Shown here: positions 1 to 13,570 of the stretch, piece by piece
Layout: each line of letters starts with the position of its first letter
Position numbering within the stretch: the stretch's first letter is position 1
Source: Mytilus edulis
Lineage: Eukaryota
Length of the DNA stretch: 64,000 bases
Reading direction: 5' to 3'
Assembly: GCF_963676685.1 (NCBI RefSeq)
Contig: NC_092348.1
Location: 95,728,001-95,792,000 of the forward strand
Position numbers and translations under genes: made by a program
The notes under the pieces: generated by a model
Seen by the model: the letters and a program-made list of their open reading frames with translations, nothing else
Databases searched by the model: none
Told to the model about the DNA's origin: nothing

Positions 1-1316
1 TTTTTTTTGGCAATAAGTCAAACCTTACATTTCTTTATACATTATTTACAAGTAGTGTAAGGGAGGTAAATCTGAACATACCAAACATTGTATGTTAACT
101 GTTTTAAATTGCCTCCCTTACACTGTCTATAAATTGTCTTAATTGTCCATTGATCAGAAAACCCTAGTTTTCCCCTTTTTTTGCCCCCAATTCCAAAACA
201 TTTAGAGCCATAAACCCCCCCCCAAGTCATTACTAACCATTCCTTAATGGTATGGGAACTTGTGGTATAATTTCAGAGAGATTCATCCACTTTAACACAA
301 CTTATTGTTTGAAAACTACAATATAAAAAAGAAGATGTGGTATGATTGCCAATGAGACAACTATCCACAAAAGACCAAAATGACACAGACATTTACAACT
401 ACAGGTCATCGTACGGCCTTCAACAATGAGCAAAGCCCATACCGCATAGTGAGCTATAAAAGGCCCCGATAAGACAATGTAAAACAATTCAAACGAGAAA
501 ACTAACGGCCTTATTTATGTAAAAAAATGAACGAAAAAAAAAAAATATGCAACACATAAACAAACAACAACCACTGAATTACAGGCTCCTGACTTGAGAC
601 AGGCACATACATAAATAATGTGGCGGGGTTAAACATGTTAGTGGGATCCCAACCCTCCCCCTAACCTGAGACAGTGGTATAACAGTACAACATAAAAACG
701 AACTATAAAAATCAGTTGAAAAAGGCTTAACTCAACAGATGGACAAAAATACAAGTGAAATATGCTTGTTTTGGGCCCCCTTTTTGGCCCCTAATTCCTA
801 AACAATTAGAACCATCACCCCCAAAATCAATCCCAACCTTCCTTTAATGGTATTGAACCTTCTGGTAAAAATTTATAGAGATCCATTCATTTAATGTCAA
901 GTTATTGTCCGGAAAACCTAGTTTTCCTCCTTTTGTGCCCCTATTTTCGCCTTTTTTAGTCCCTAAATACAAAACATTTTGAGCAATAACCCCCCAAAGT
1001 CATTACTTATCATCCCTTCATGATATGGAAACTTGTGGTATAATTTCAGAGAGATTCATACACTTAAACACAAGTTATTGTTTGAAAACTACAAAAATGC
1101 TTATTTTGGGCCCCCTTTTTTGCCCCTAATTTGGGACCATAACCCCAAAAGTCAATCCCAACCATTCTATAGTGGTATTAAACCTTCTTTTAAAAATCTA
1201 TAGAGATCCATTCACTAAATCTAAAGTTATTGTCCGGAAACTAAATGTGTCTTCGGACGACGACGATGACATGATACCATTATATGACGCAAAGAAATTT
1301 TTGCGGTCATGTAAAA
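1..1316 (+). mobile_element. Non-autonomous Helentron/HINE-like element with internal tandem units, interrupted by a SINE-like insertion
   Basis: Repeated units (cccccaaagtca...ggtataatttcagagagattcat...ttattg) and a 3' palindrome gacgcaaagaaatttttgcggtc followed by an A tract. Confidence 0.5.
322..757 (+). mobile_element. Abundant dispersed SINE-like repeat (agaagatgtggtatgattgccaatgagacaac family)
   Basis: Related copies at about 5025-5178(-), 10775-10955(-), 25740-26000(-), 39025-39120(+), 43705-44100(+), 56483-56575(+), 59850-60130(+), 61595-61770(+). This copy splits a host repeat unit (gaaaactacaa | aaatatgcttgttttggg). Confidence 0.7.
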
Positions 1317-4300
1317 ACTCTAGTAAGATACCCTGGTTTTAATTTGTAACACTAGAGACATGTCTCCTCTACGAAATAATCATCTGAGTTGCTCTGGAAT
1401 CCATTAATAAAAACCAAATCGTATAGCATGATCAAAATATTTCTGTCAATTCATAAATTTTAAAAACTTTAAATATCAGGGGAGATAACTCAGATAATTT
1501 TTTTAAAGAATATCCTGTCAATTTACCTATTTCATTATGTAGCAAGAAAAGCCAATGAATTAATCCCTTTTTTTCTTTATTTCTTTTCATTTTCTTAAGC
1601 ATGTTCTGAACTGCTGAGCTCTTTTGTGCACTCTTAATCTAATTTTTGTCTAAAACTGTTTTAATTAAAATACCACCACCAACCAAATTAATCAAAAGAT
1701 ACTATAAAACGCCTGGATTTATGTGCTTAATTTGAAAAACTTAATCATCAAACTACTCAATTATACAGAATTTAATACAAAACCTTGTGAAAGTAAACTA
1801 AAAGAGCATGAACTAAAGTTTTCTATGGATGAAATCAAAAGCAAATATTTTATCAGTTCTACTACATTTGAATCTTCAAAGCAGATAAGAGTTGTCTGTT
1901 TAAGCTGTTTAAGTGAATAGGTACACTTTTTTGAAAACAGGATAACGTTATTTTAGAAAGACAGAAATGTTAACACGTTTTCTAATCATATTGTTACAAT
2001 TTTTAGTTAAACCAGTTTTCCAGTTTCTCTTCATTCTAGAAAATTTGATTTTGATTTGCACTGAATAATAGAATTATAACAACTTTTTAGATTATAGAAA
2101 AAAAAGTTTTGGAAGGGATGAAATATGGAGACACACATTCCATTCAGTTGGGGAAAATAATAATCTGCCATGGAAGCCAAACAAGAAAAACACATGGATA
2201 TATCTCACAGTAACAAGTACAACTTTAGTACAATAATCTTATACTTCTTATACTTCTTATACATTTCTGAATTATTCTACTATACAATAAGAATGCATGT
2301 AAGATAGGGGCAAAAGATACCAGAGGGACAGTCAAACTCAGAGATCAAAAATAAACTGACAACACCATGGCTTAAAATAAAAGGACAAACAGACAAACAA
2401 TAGTACACAAGACACAAAATAGAAAACTAAAGACGGCAGGGCAACACGAACCCCACCAGAAACCAGGGGTGATCTAAGGTGCTCCGAAAGTACTAACTAA
2501 GAATCGTTTGATGACATAGTGACAACAACATGATAGAAAAGAACTCACACACATAAACAGTTAGTATATACATGTATCATGAAGCAAACAAAACTTATAG
2601 TTCATATTGTAACCCCTGCAGTTACAACCTAATGATTCAGCTTTTTTGTGAAATAAAATTGGTTTTATTTGAATTAGGATGGTTTTAATAAAGTTTCAAA
2701 TTACACTTAAAAGTGCAATATAAATGAAAATAAACAATGATTTAATTGAGAGAAATTTAGGGTGTATAATGTTACTTTGTAGAAAACATCATAAAGCAGA
2801 CAAAGAATATCATGGGTCATCAACGTCTGATTAAATCAAAAAACCGCCTGGGAAAAATCAGAAAATTTAACTACTTAATTTTGATTGATGCATGTAGTAG
2901 TATAACAACTACTATAACTGTATATCATGAACTTAAATACTCTTTAACATGAGTTAGAGATTCAGAGTCTAAGAGGGGCAACCCTCTCTCAGGACAAATT
3001 GCACTTAAAACTTTTTAAAATACTTAAAAAAACTACAAACAAAATGCAAAATAAATCTCTGTATTTTGATAAAACTCAATCACTTCATTTTATGAAACAA
3101 CTGTTTCCCTCGTGCTAGCGTGAACAAGTCTTTTAAACCTCTGAACCAACAAATTTAGTGATTTTTTTTTAATCCAGTTAAAATTGCAGAATGAGTGCCA
3201 ACTAAATAGGAAAAAGGATTTATACAGAATTTGGCATACAATGCAGCTGAAGAAAACATTTTTTTGTTTGATAATCAACAATCTTTTAAATAAAAAAAAA
3301 ACATAACTGAATCTGAAAATTCTTAAAGATATTTTTTTTTTCTTTAAAAAAATGACATAATATTAAATACCTCAGTTTTTAAATATGAGTGCATATACAT
3401 CCACATGAAATTTTATACTTGAAATTGACTTGACTTGAATGAACAATGTTAATAGAATTAATAAGAAATAACTATATACATGTATCATAAGTAATTTTAA
3501 ATTTAGACTCAATGAAGTACCTGGACAATTCAATATTCAACAAAAGTCACGAATTCTTGTAATCCTCAATATTTGTGAAGAGCTTCCTAATGACTTAACA
3601 TTCCAATATTAATTTCACAGGCAATTCTAATTTCAACTTTTCAACTTCTTTAATACCATGTTGACTTTGCATGGCTATTTAGTATAATATCATATTGGAG
3701 TAATATCTGTCCAATATATGTTGGACTAAGGCAGAGGGACAATATTTCTTACGGACAGGAATTTCAACAAAATTGTTCCAAATATTTTATCAATAAAACA
3801 CAAGGGCAAGGACTACCACAACTGATGATTTAAACTGGAATTCTATGTAAATCAGGGGTTCACTTTTTATCAATACTACAAATTATCAATATAAAAAAAA
3901 AAATGTTTTCACAAATGAATATTTTTGTCCAATAAAGAGTTCAAAACTTTCACTTACCATGCAAAATATTCAAACTAAGTTTTAAATCCTTCTCAACACA
4001 GATTCCTTATCCTACTGCTGATAACACATTCCATAAAACACTCAATTCACCCAGGACAAAACTTCAAAAATATGTCACATAATTTCTCATAAAATCAATA
4101 CTTCTGACAACTCCTGCTTAAATTTTCTTTTTAATCATCAATAGATTTATATTTAAAAGATCCAACAAGTGTTAGTAATTCCTTAAAATATAAATATTTT
4201 TCTTATCATTAACCAATAATCACAATAAATATTCCTGACAATCAGTGGTCAAGTAACCAGTCAATTACAATACAGTGAATACACATCCCTGACAATGTGG

Positions 4301-6374
4301 TCAAGTACTATTAATTACTGTTAATTAGCATGTGTTGATAAGAAAGGTTTATCATACATCTGTTCTGTCAGAGAGAGGTACTGTATGTCTAATTACTTTT
4401 ATCAAAATGAGGCTGGGATAGAGAGGATTTAATCTACCTGATTGTGTCAGTGAAGAAAGGATTATTACACCTTTAATCAAATTGGGGCTGGAACGGAGTG
4501 TTTCTCTTAAAGAAAGATACATCCAGTATGGTTATTATTCATCTTTTATCATATTGAGGTTTCATTGGAGATAACACTTAGTTGAGGTTCTCTAAACAAA
4601 GATACATGTATGCAGTATGCTTATTCATATATATCTAATGGACTTTCATCAAATTGAGTCTAAGGTTGATATGTAACTATCTATCTTTAGGGAGGAACAG
4701 AATATCTATTCAACTGTGTAGGCTTGTTATCATTATAAAGCCGCCTTTTTATTTGTATTGCTGAGAGCTGCACGCCTTATTACACATAGTATCTCATAAT
4801 CAGCAGACTATTTTTTCAGATGAGTATTTCGTAGAGTGGGTATTATGTAACATCATAAAAAAGTTAGTCCTGAAAGGTTATGTCTCTTGAAAAGTTAACA
4901 ATTAAGTTGACCTTCAGGACATAGGGTCAAGGTCATGTACAATGGTATCCTTCTTTGTACCACAACACCAACAAGATTTTAGAGAAAATCATACTTTTAT
5001 CTCATTACGACAAAAAAATTTTGGGCCCTTTATAGCTTGCTGTTTGGTACGAGCCTTGGCTCCGTGTTGAAGACCGTACTTTGACATATAATGGTTTACT
5101 TTTATAAATTGTGACTTAAATGAAGACATTGGAGAGTTGTCTCATTGGCACTCATACCACATCTTCCTATATCTATATACATTAACCTTAGATGAGGTTT
5201 TTCATAGGGCACTTTAGTATTTGGCTATTCTTTGGTGTCACAGATCACATGGATACCAACCAAGTGTCACAGATCACATGGAAACCAAGTGAACCACATA
5301 TTAGGTTGTTCCCCAAATTACAATTTTTTTTTAACAGTTTATATGCAGACTTCAGCAAAACCAAGAAATCAAATGTTTATATCCATGAAAATGTTATTCT
5401 TCATTTATCCACAAAAGTTGGTACTCATCAACACTAGACATCATTGAGATGGGACCCATCTCTGTGGGCCTACTGTTATAACATGAGGCATACATTTGTA
5501 TTTTTACCCTGTCAACTGAAACCACAGATTTTGACCTTGACATTTGACCTAGGAAGTTGTTATAGATGCACAGACAGATGGACTGCCAGACAGACTGATT
5601 ACTATAGGGCAACAGCCATTTGAAGGGGTCCTAATAAGTGAATCCACAGAAAATATTTTCCCTTCTATAAAGATAAAAGTGAATTGGACCAAAAATCTCC
5701 AACAATAATATTGATATTTACAGTTATATTACCCTTTTATTTAACCAAACATTCACATAGACTATAAATTAATTTACATACTATGATAAAGCCTCTTCCC
5801 AGGTGTTTACTTTGATGTCTTATAATATCTAATTAAAGATTACCTGGAGTGTTATATAAGTAAAACTTCAAAAGATTTGTATAAAACATGGAGATAGGTT
5901 GGGTCAGGTGTTGTGGGAATTGTGAAGAATGTCTGGAACAGTATGAAGAGAGGTGAAGTAGTCCGACGGGAATAAAATGTCTGCCAGTGTCTGAATATCA
6001 AGATATAATAACATTAATATTGTACTAGTAGTGAAATAACTACCTCTCATATTTACTTATAGGTCTAATGGGAATCTGATTGAATTTTATTGATATACAT
6101 AAGATCTGATCTATATTGTAATATTTTGATACAGATATATGAAAGTGACATTAAAAATCAATCTCAATGAAAAATAAAGGAAATCTTCTTATATAAATCT
6201 GGTTGCCCTTAAGGATGTTTGCTTCTCGGTTTTTATATAACAAGCTTTTTTAAAGTCAGTTATACATTTTGATAGTATATGAATAAAGGCAACTAAAAAA
6301 GCAGAGAAAATTAAGGGTGCTTATTTACCAGAAATAAGCCATTAAAAATTTGGTGGGTAATGATTCTCTCCCTG

Positions 6375-7065
6375 ACAAAATTGCCTTTTACTCAGACTGC
6401 ACACAGGTAGAGGTGCCACGTTCTCAGTCTGAACACAGGCAACATTGCTTTTTGCTCAGTCTGAACAGAGGCACAGTTGCCATCTACTCAGCCTGAACAC
6501 TGGCAAAGTTGCCATCTACTCAGTCTGCAAACAGGCAAAGTTGCCATCTACTCAGTCTGAACCCAGGCAAAGTTGCCATCTACTTATTCTGAACACAGGC
6601 AAAGTTGCTATCTACTCATTCTAATCACAGGCAAAGTTGCCATCTACTCATTCTGAACACAGACAAGTTGCTATCTACTAATTCCTATCACAGGCAAAGT
6701 TGCTATCTACTCATTCTAATCACAGGCAAAGTTGCCATCTACTCATTCTGAACACAGACAAGTTGCTATCTACTAATTCCTATCACATGCAAAGTTGCTA
6801 TCTACTCATTCTAATCACAGGCAAAGTTGCCATCTACTCATTCTGAACACAGACAAGTTGCTATCTACTAATTCCTATCACAGGCAAAGTTGCTATCTAC
6901 TCATTCTAATCACAGGCAATGTTGCTATCTACTCATTCTAATCACAGGCAATGTTGCTATCTACTCAGTCTAAACACTGGCAAAGTTGCCATTTACTTAG
7001 TTTGAACACTGGAGTATAACTCTTTTATGGAACCTGAACACAAGCAAAGTTGCTATCCACTCAGT
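6375..7065. repeat. About 32-bp minisatellite with a 95-bp (3-unit) higher-order repeat
   Basis: Unit caggcaaagttgccatctactcattctgaaca, about 20 copies. A trimer recurs three times in about 6595-6880. Confidence 0.9.
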
Positions 7066-7238
7066 CAAAATTTTGATCAAATGAAAATAGCATCTACCTT
7101 TAGAAGAATAAAATACATTTAAATATATTTTAAAACCTCCCCATCTTCTAACAAACTATTTCAAAGCTCACAACTTTAAAAGGTTCTGTGAGCTACTGTT
7201 TATATCTTTTAAATTAGATCTAGTGATTATTAACTCAC

Positions 7239-7351
7239 CAGACAAGAGGCAGTTAGTCTCATAGCTTCACTCATGTGGAACAAGTTTCCTTTTAATTCTG
7301 CAAAATTGTTCATCCATGACCAATTCATATCTAATTGATTCATTATACTAT
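7239..7351 (-). other. Putative exon of an unidentified minus-strand gene (DSIMNQLDMNWSWMNNFAELKGNLFHMSEAMRLTASCL)
   Basis: Strong acceptor TTTTTCAG, donor CTG|GTGAGT and one open frame. No recognisable homology. Confidence 0.4.
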
Positions 7352-7805
7352 CTGAAAAATAATATAAAATTGAATGAATGGGAAGATTTTTATAAATGTA
7401 ATAAAAATATCTACAGATGGTTTATCTGTACAGAATTCTTGGTTATTACGAAACATGTGAAGAAACTCAGTGAATCATAAACCAGCACTAATAGAGTCTC
7501 ATTAGATAAATTGAAGTGCATGCTCATTTTATGTATAAACTACTAGAAAATATAAAACATTTGTTTTTTAAATTTCAATTTTAAATCAAAATTTATGTAA
7601 TTTTTTCAGGGGAAAAGGGCAACTGTTTGTAGAGATGTATAATTCTTGTTCAGTTATTCAGAAAAAGTTTATCGGCAACAGCCAATGTTTATAAAGTTAT
7701 CCAATCAAATATGAGGCAATAAAACAAAATCATTCTAATTGAATTTTTGGGCTGATTTTTTATTAGTTTGCCAGAGGTATGATACAGTTTTAAAAAGTCT
7801 ACTGT

Positions 7806-10800
7806 TGTAACGGTTTATTTCTTCCTGTGATATTTTATCCTGAGGATAATTTGTCACAGTAATGTTTTTCCAGACATGGTATTTCACAGGTAGATTTTTT
7901 CCAGAAGAGTGAAAATCTATCTGTGTTATGCAGATAGTATGTACCGGTATATATTTGCCGTACCACATTTCACAGAACCTTGTGAAATAGAGTCCCATTA
8001 ACTACTATGAAAGTTACTCGCAATCAATACCTGACAATAATTATAAAAAGTTTCACAAAGGTAGAACATATTTGCATAATTTATCAAAGGGAGGTAATTA
8101 TGAACAATTTATATTTTAAAGATATTAATATAATATAATCCTGAATGTATTTCATAGTGAAATTTTTCCTTGAATCTTATTTTTTACATATTCATTTATA
8201 TAAAAAGATAACTTAAAACATGATTTAATAAGACAGATAACATTTCACAGATAAATACTATCCAGCTGTTAAAATTGCTTTTGTTCCAATATATTGTTAT
8301 GCTATGATTTATCTGATTTCCATATAATCAACAACTACATCTTTGTCCTCAGACAAAACTATTAATATAGTTAAAAACATTTTCATAATCAAATGCTTCC
8401 ATTACTGACATTACTGTTAACAGTTGTAATGCAACTATATTTCTACCTTCACTTTTTAATTTATATTTGTACTGACAGTCCGACTGTCCGATATGCGGTT
8501 TAAATAGAACAAAAGAATTCGACCTCTTGTGTTTAGAAGGTAGAAAAGTGTAATGAACTTTGTATACGGTTGTCAAGATGTCACAAAAGTTACTTTCCGT
8601 AAAGTCATTATAAATATTTGCATTCACGTTGTTTAATTTTCATATTGTACAATTGTTCACAATGCAACTTGCAAACAATCGTTTTTAAAACGACCATAAG
8701 TCAAGCTGTTACGTCATTTAGAGGGTCTCCTTATAAACTGCTACTTTTTTTTGCCCGACATTGAAAAAATCTAGGAAAAATTACAAAAATTAAGAAATGA
8801 ATTGTCAATCGTTTAAGACCATTCCCAAAGTGGCACACCTAAATTTGACATTTTGACGCAACTTCAAAGTTGGATGTTATATGACGGGGTTTTGTTAATT
8901 AATTTGTGCATCAACACACCCGTCCTATATATGTAACATCACATGACTTTTAAGTGATTAAAACTATTTTTTTTAAATAATATTTGCATGCTTGACATGA
9001 TTTTTTTCTAAACAATTACAATTACACCGACAGTCATAATTTCTGTATTATTAAAAAAGGTTTGTTAAACATTTTGTTACACCTTAGTTATACAGTAACC
9101 CATATTGGTTGACCATTGTAAAGTTGAGTTTTTGGGGTAGCATAGATTTATATCGTTGTATTCCTTTTTTTTATGTTAACCAATTGTCGTTCGGAATTAT
9201 TTTTTCTACATAATTTATTGATCTTGCAATTCTTGTAATTTAGTTTGCGTCTTATTTCTTGAGTGTCATATTTTGGCTATGTTTGTGTTCGATCATACAG
9301 TATAATAAGTCGGTAGTTGCCAGCGAATGGATGTTTTTTTTTATTTCTTTGCATCTTAAATTGGGATTGCACTGAGTTATTTCATGATTTCTTTTGTGCT
9401 ATATTTTCGATACATTTTTAGTCTATCTTATAGCATCTTAAAATTGTCCGACGACATAATGTGATACTTATTTTGTTCGCCAATATTATTCATACGATTC
9501 ATACGATTTGAATTTACTATTAAATATCTTATTTTTTTCTTAATAGTTAACTTTACCTTCAGTCAAAAATTTGCAAGACGTTAAGTCTTTACTTATTTTA
9601 CAGTTTTACATTAAACTCAATTTTATTATAGTTTATCACATAAAGACTCGATTGTATTATAGTAATTTTCTTGAATAACTGTGTTAGTTGTATGTTAGTT
9701 CTTCACAACTCAGAAATAGATTCAAGGATATCAAAGTTCCATTATATCAAGGAGGTTAAATGATGATTCTAAAAAACAACGAAAATTAAGCATATATATG
9801 ATCTTTTAATTGTTCTTGAACAGGGCTCCAGTTTAAAAAAACAAGAGTTCAGATGATCAAGTTCTTTGAAGAAGGAGAAAGGGGAAACCAATGGCACTGC
9901 TATATCATCTCGGAAATTATATACATTATTACCATCATTATTGCAAGGTTATAAAGGATGCATTTACATCTCTTCTGTTATGGATACGTTTGACATATTC
10001 TGTATATGAAAAAAAAAACAAGTTCCTTTTGTGGCATAACTTTATTCATATAGATTATTTCTCCTACATATCTTTATATATTGCTTTCTTTAGTTCAAAT
10101 TGGAATCTCAGATAAGCATCTGGTACTTTAAAACCTCTCCTCTCTGTTCCATGCTTCTGGTCGACATGTGTACTTCAGAATAATTCCTGACTGTCAGATG
10201 TATAGCAGAACTTTCACATAACTTCTTGATAAAACTGCTGTCTTACTTTTCGACACTGCAAACAAAAAATCGAACAGACTATTAAAGAGGGGGTTGCAAA
10301 CACATGTTCTTCGTACAAACGGATCGGAACTAAAAGCTCTTTCCCGGATCTGGCACTGGATTTATACATCAGATGCGTCACAAAATATAAACATGCTATC
10401 AAATATACTAGAATATGAAATAAAGAAAAATATAAATCGAAAATGTTGAATTATCATTTATGTCTACGAAACCACAAGATTCTACTTAATTGGTCATGTT
10501 TTCAAATCATATCAAATGTTTTCATTGGTCTTCACTTGTTAGAAAAATGTACTTCACTTGTTAGAAAAATGTACTGAAGTTATTGTTAGCTAAATTATCA
10601 ATGTTAGGTTATTGCATATTCTTCAGAGCTGTATCTTGAACTAATGAATTGAAAAAGAGGGGATGGGTATACGTACTAAACATGTGTCTGTATTTTCATC
10701 ATATCTAACAAACATGTGAGAAAAATGAGTTTTAGAATACGAAATATCTCTCTCATTCTGTAAACAGATATTAGTTTTCTCATTTTAATTGTTTTACATT

Positions 10801-12467
10801 GTCTTATCGGGGCTTTTTATAGATGACTATGCAGTATTGGCTTTGCTCATTGTTGAAGGCTGTACGGTGACCTATAGTTGTTAATGTATGTGTCATTTTG
10901 GTCTCTTGTGGACAGTGGTCAAATTGGCAATCATACCACAACTTCTTTTTATATTGTAGGATTGTTAAGGTATTTTTGATGTTTTTAAAAGCCCCCCCCT
11001 TTTTTTTTTGTAATATACACCACAAAAAAAAACATTTAGTTAGGATAAAGAACTAATAAACGTTAGTCCAATAATGTAAGGCTTCAGAGTTTCATATCAT
11101 TTACATATAACATTTTTATCGGATTTATTTTTACTATCAATGTTGAACCATTAATTTTTATCGGATTTTTTTTCACTACCAATGTTGAACCGTTCAACAT
11201 TGAAAGTAAACAAAAATTCGATAAAAAATGTTGAATGTAAAAGATATGAACCTCCGGTCTTATATTGAAAGACAATATATAAGACTTCTGAGGTTCATAT
11301 CATTTACATTCAACGGTTTTATCGGATTTTTTTTTACTATGAACCATTCAACATCTATAGTAAAAAAAAAATCCGATATAAAAACGTTGAATATAAGTGA
11401 TATGAACCTCCGAAGTCTTATGTAATAGCACTACGGTAAATAGAATAATTGAAATTCAGTTAATTGAGTGTGGGAGGCTATTTTAATCCACTTTATGAGT
11501 GTGTATTATATAATTTTACAATGTAACAAACCTATCAAACACACCGTGAAAAATAACATTATCTCGCCCCTGGATATGCTTAACAACAAGACACAAAAAT
11601 CTGCTACCTTTTTTTTGCCCTATATCACATAATTATGAAAACACATTACATAGATAGAGAATACTGTCCTTGTGTACACGTTTGAATGTGTAGGTGGCAC
11701 ACTCAGAACGATCGTCTCTAGATTTTTTTTTTTAATTTGTCCTGGCCTTTTCGGGTTCAAGTAGCAACACGTTTCTTTTCTTCCCAGCTTTTCCTGATTA
11801 TGAATTAATCCAAAACATGCATTTATCCCAATGCAACAACTATTAAACAACTCACCTATACCAATGGTGATCGACTAATTCCTAGCAGATTCCTTTAATC
11901 GTACCTTTCTTGACGACACCCCTCGTTGTAGCGTCTACCATTCGAGGTAGCGAAATTACATGATTTAACAGGAGAGCGAAATAAACAAGGGGAGCAATTT
12001 TATCGAACCGCATTCCGGACTGCTGAGATCTGAAAACAACTCACTTTTACATGTATGTCACATACCTTATTTAATTATGATATTATTTCACAATTACAAT
12101 CTTTGAAATTACTTCTGGTTTTCTTTCTTATGTTTCATGATAATTTTCTTTTTAAAAGAATGATATTTACTTGAATATTTCAGGAAATGTTTTCAATGAT
12201 AATTTGTGAAATAATTTCCTATCATAATACATTTTTTTTAACAATTTAGCTTTAATTCAAATACACTATTATTATTTCATAGTATTTGTAAAGGATAAGT
12301 TTTTTTCTAATAACTATTCAATAAGTTAAAACTACCCAGATAGAATTTCACGGCAAAGAAAAAAATTTCCCAGGGAAATATTTTCCCCCGGATAAAAAAA
12401 TAACAACAACTATCATGACATTTTTTCCTCTGGATCAAATTTCACCTGGATATAATTTTGCTTTACA
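7806..12467. mobile_element. Decayed DNA transposon with about 120-bp imperfect TIRs and TGTAA...TTACA ends (Ginger-like)
   Basis: 7806-7920 resembles the reverse complement of 12340-12467 (tcctgtgatattttatcctgaggataatttgtca versus tccaggtgaaatttgatccagaggaaaaaatgtca). Flanks CTGT/CTTT. The interior has broken coding-like stretches. Confidence 0.45.
11077..11420. repeat. Two tandem hairpin (fold-back) units
   Basis: taag(g/a)cttc..ag(t/g)ttcatatcatttaca ... gatatgaacctccg(aa)gtctta occurs twice (11077-11262 and 11280-11420). Confidence 0.7.
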
Positions 12468-13258
12468 CTTTCTCCTCAATTTGTGTCATTTTTGTCTTTC
12501 TTGTTATGGTTTTTAATAAAGTTACTCTTGATAAAATAATAAAGATATTAAATATATCACAAGAATTCCTCTTGACATCTTAATTTTAAAAGTAGCCTTC
12601 AATTGGAGCTTAATATTTTGTGCAGGTATACTATCAATTTCTATATAGTTACAGTACTATTTATGACCATCTATATAGAACAGAGTCAACAGGAAGTCAC
12701 TAAAGACAAATAGACACCTAACTATGTTGTAATACTGACACCTAGTCACCTTAGGCCACACCAAGAAATTCTGACCTCAGTCAAAGATCATGAGGTAGCA
12801 ATCTCAGACTTCTTGTTTGGCTCCTGCAATCACAAACCTCAAGAGTATGATTATCGTACTCACTGAGAAATCAACCAATCAAAACACTGGATTTGGTGAC
12901 AAAAGCACAAATTTGTACCCTTGAGTACTCAGTAAAGTTTCATGACATTGTTGCAGAGTTTCCAAATAATCATTTATATAGCTCTATGTTTAAAACTTCA
13001 CAAGTTTATCACACAATGTTGGTGCTTTCTATTAAAACTGCTACTGAAAATAGACTGAAAATAGACTTAGTTTATACCATCTGTGTATACAGAATGAGAT
13101 GAACATCTGCAAAGTTTATACAAACATTAAAGACGTTTGAAGATTGAGGGTTGAAGAACTGTAGGAATATAGGTATCATCTATTACAGTTACCATTTTCT
13201 CTGCTTTAAATTTTCATACTATAGGCGGTTATTAGTTACAATTTCTACAATATGTCAA

Positions 13259-13570
13259 ACATGAATAATTTAATTTTGGATGTAACGCATCTTCTGATTG
13301 GCCGACGTTATTTTGTTATCAGCCCATAGACATAATTCAGTCATGTGACCTTGACGTCATCAACGTTTTTTCATGGTTTTCTAATGCTTAAAATGGAATT
13401 TAGAATTAAATTAGAAGAAATGACTGTAATATTTTTTCTGTCTATTCGAAATAACATAAAAAAATGTGGTGCACACTGAATAACGCGTGTAGCGGGTTAT
13501 TTTACAGTGTGCACCAAATTTTTTATGTTATTTCTTATAGAGAGAAAAAATATTACAGTCAATCCTTAAA
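13259..13570. mobile_element. Small non-autonomous element with a long internal palindrome
   Basis: Inverted arms of about 60 bp, gactgtaatattttttct...tggtgcacactg / cagtgtgcacca...agaaaaaatattacagtc (13420-13560). Confidence 0.6.

Noticed and set aside
302-487. Similar short ORFs at 302-487, 10804-11025, 25845-26153 and 56441-56632 as a gene family
   Set aside because: They are chance translations of the same dispersed SINE-like repeat.
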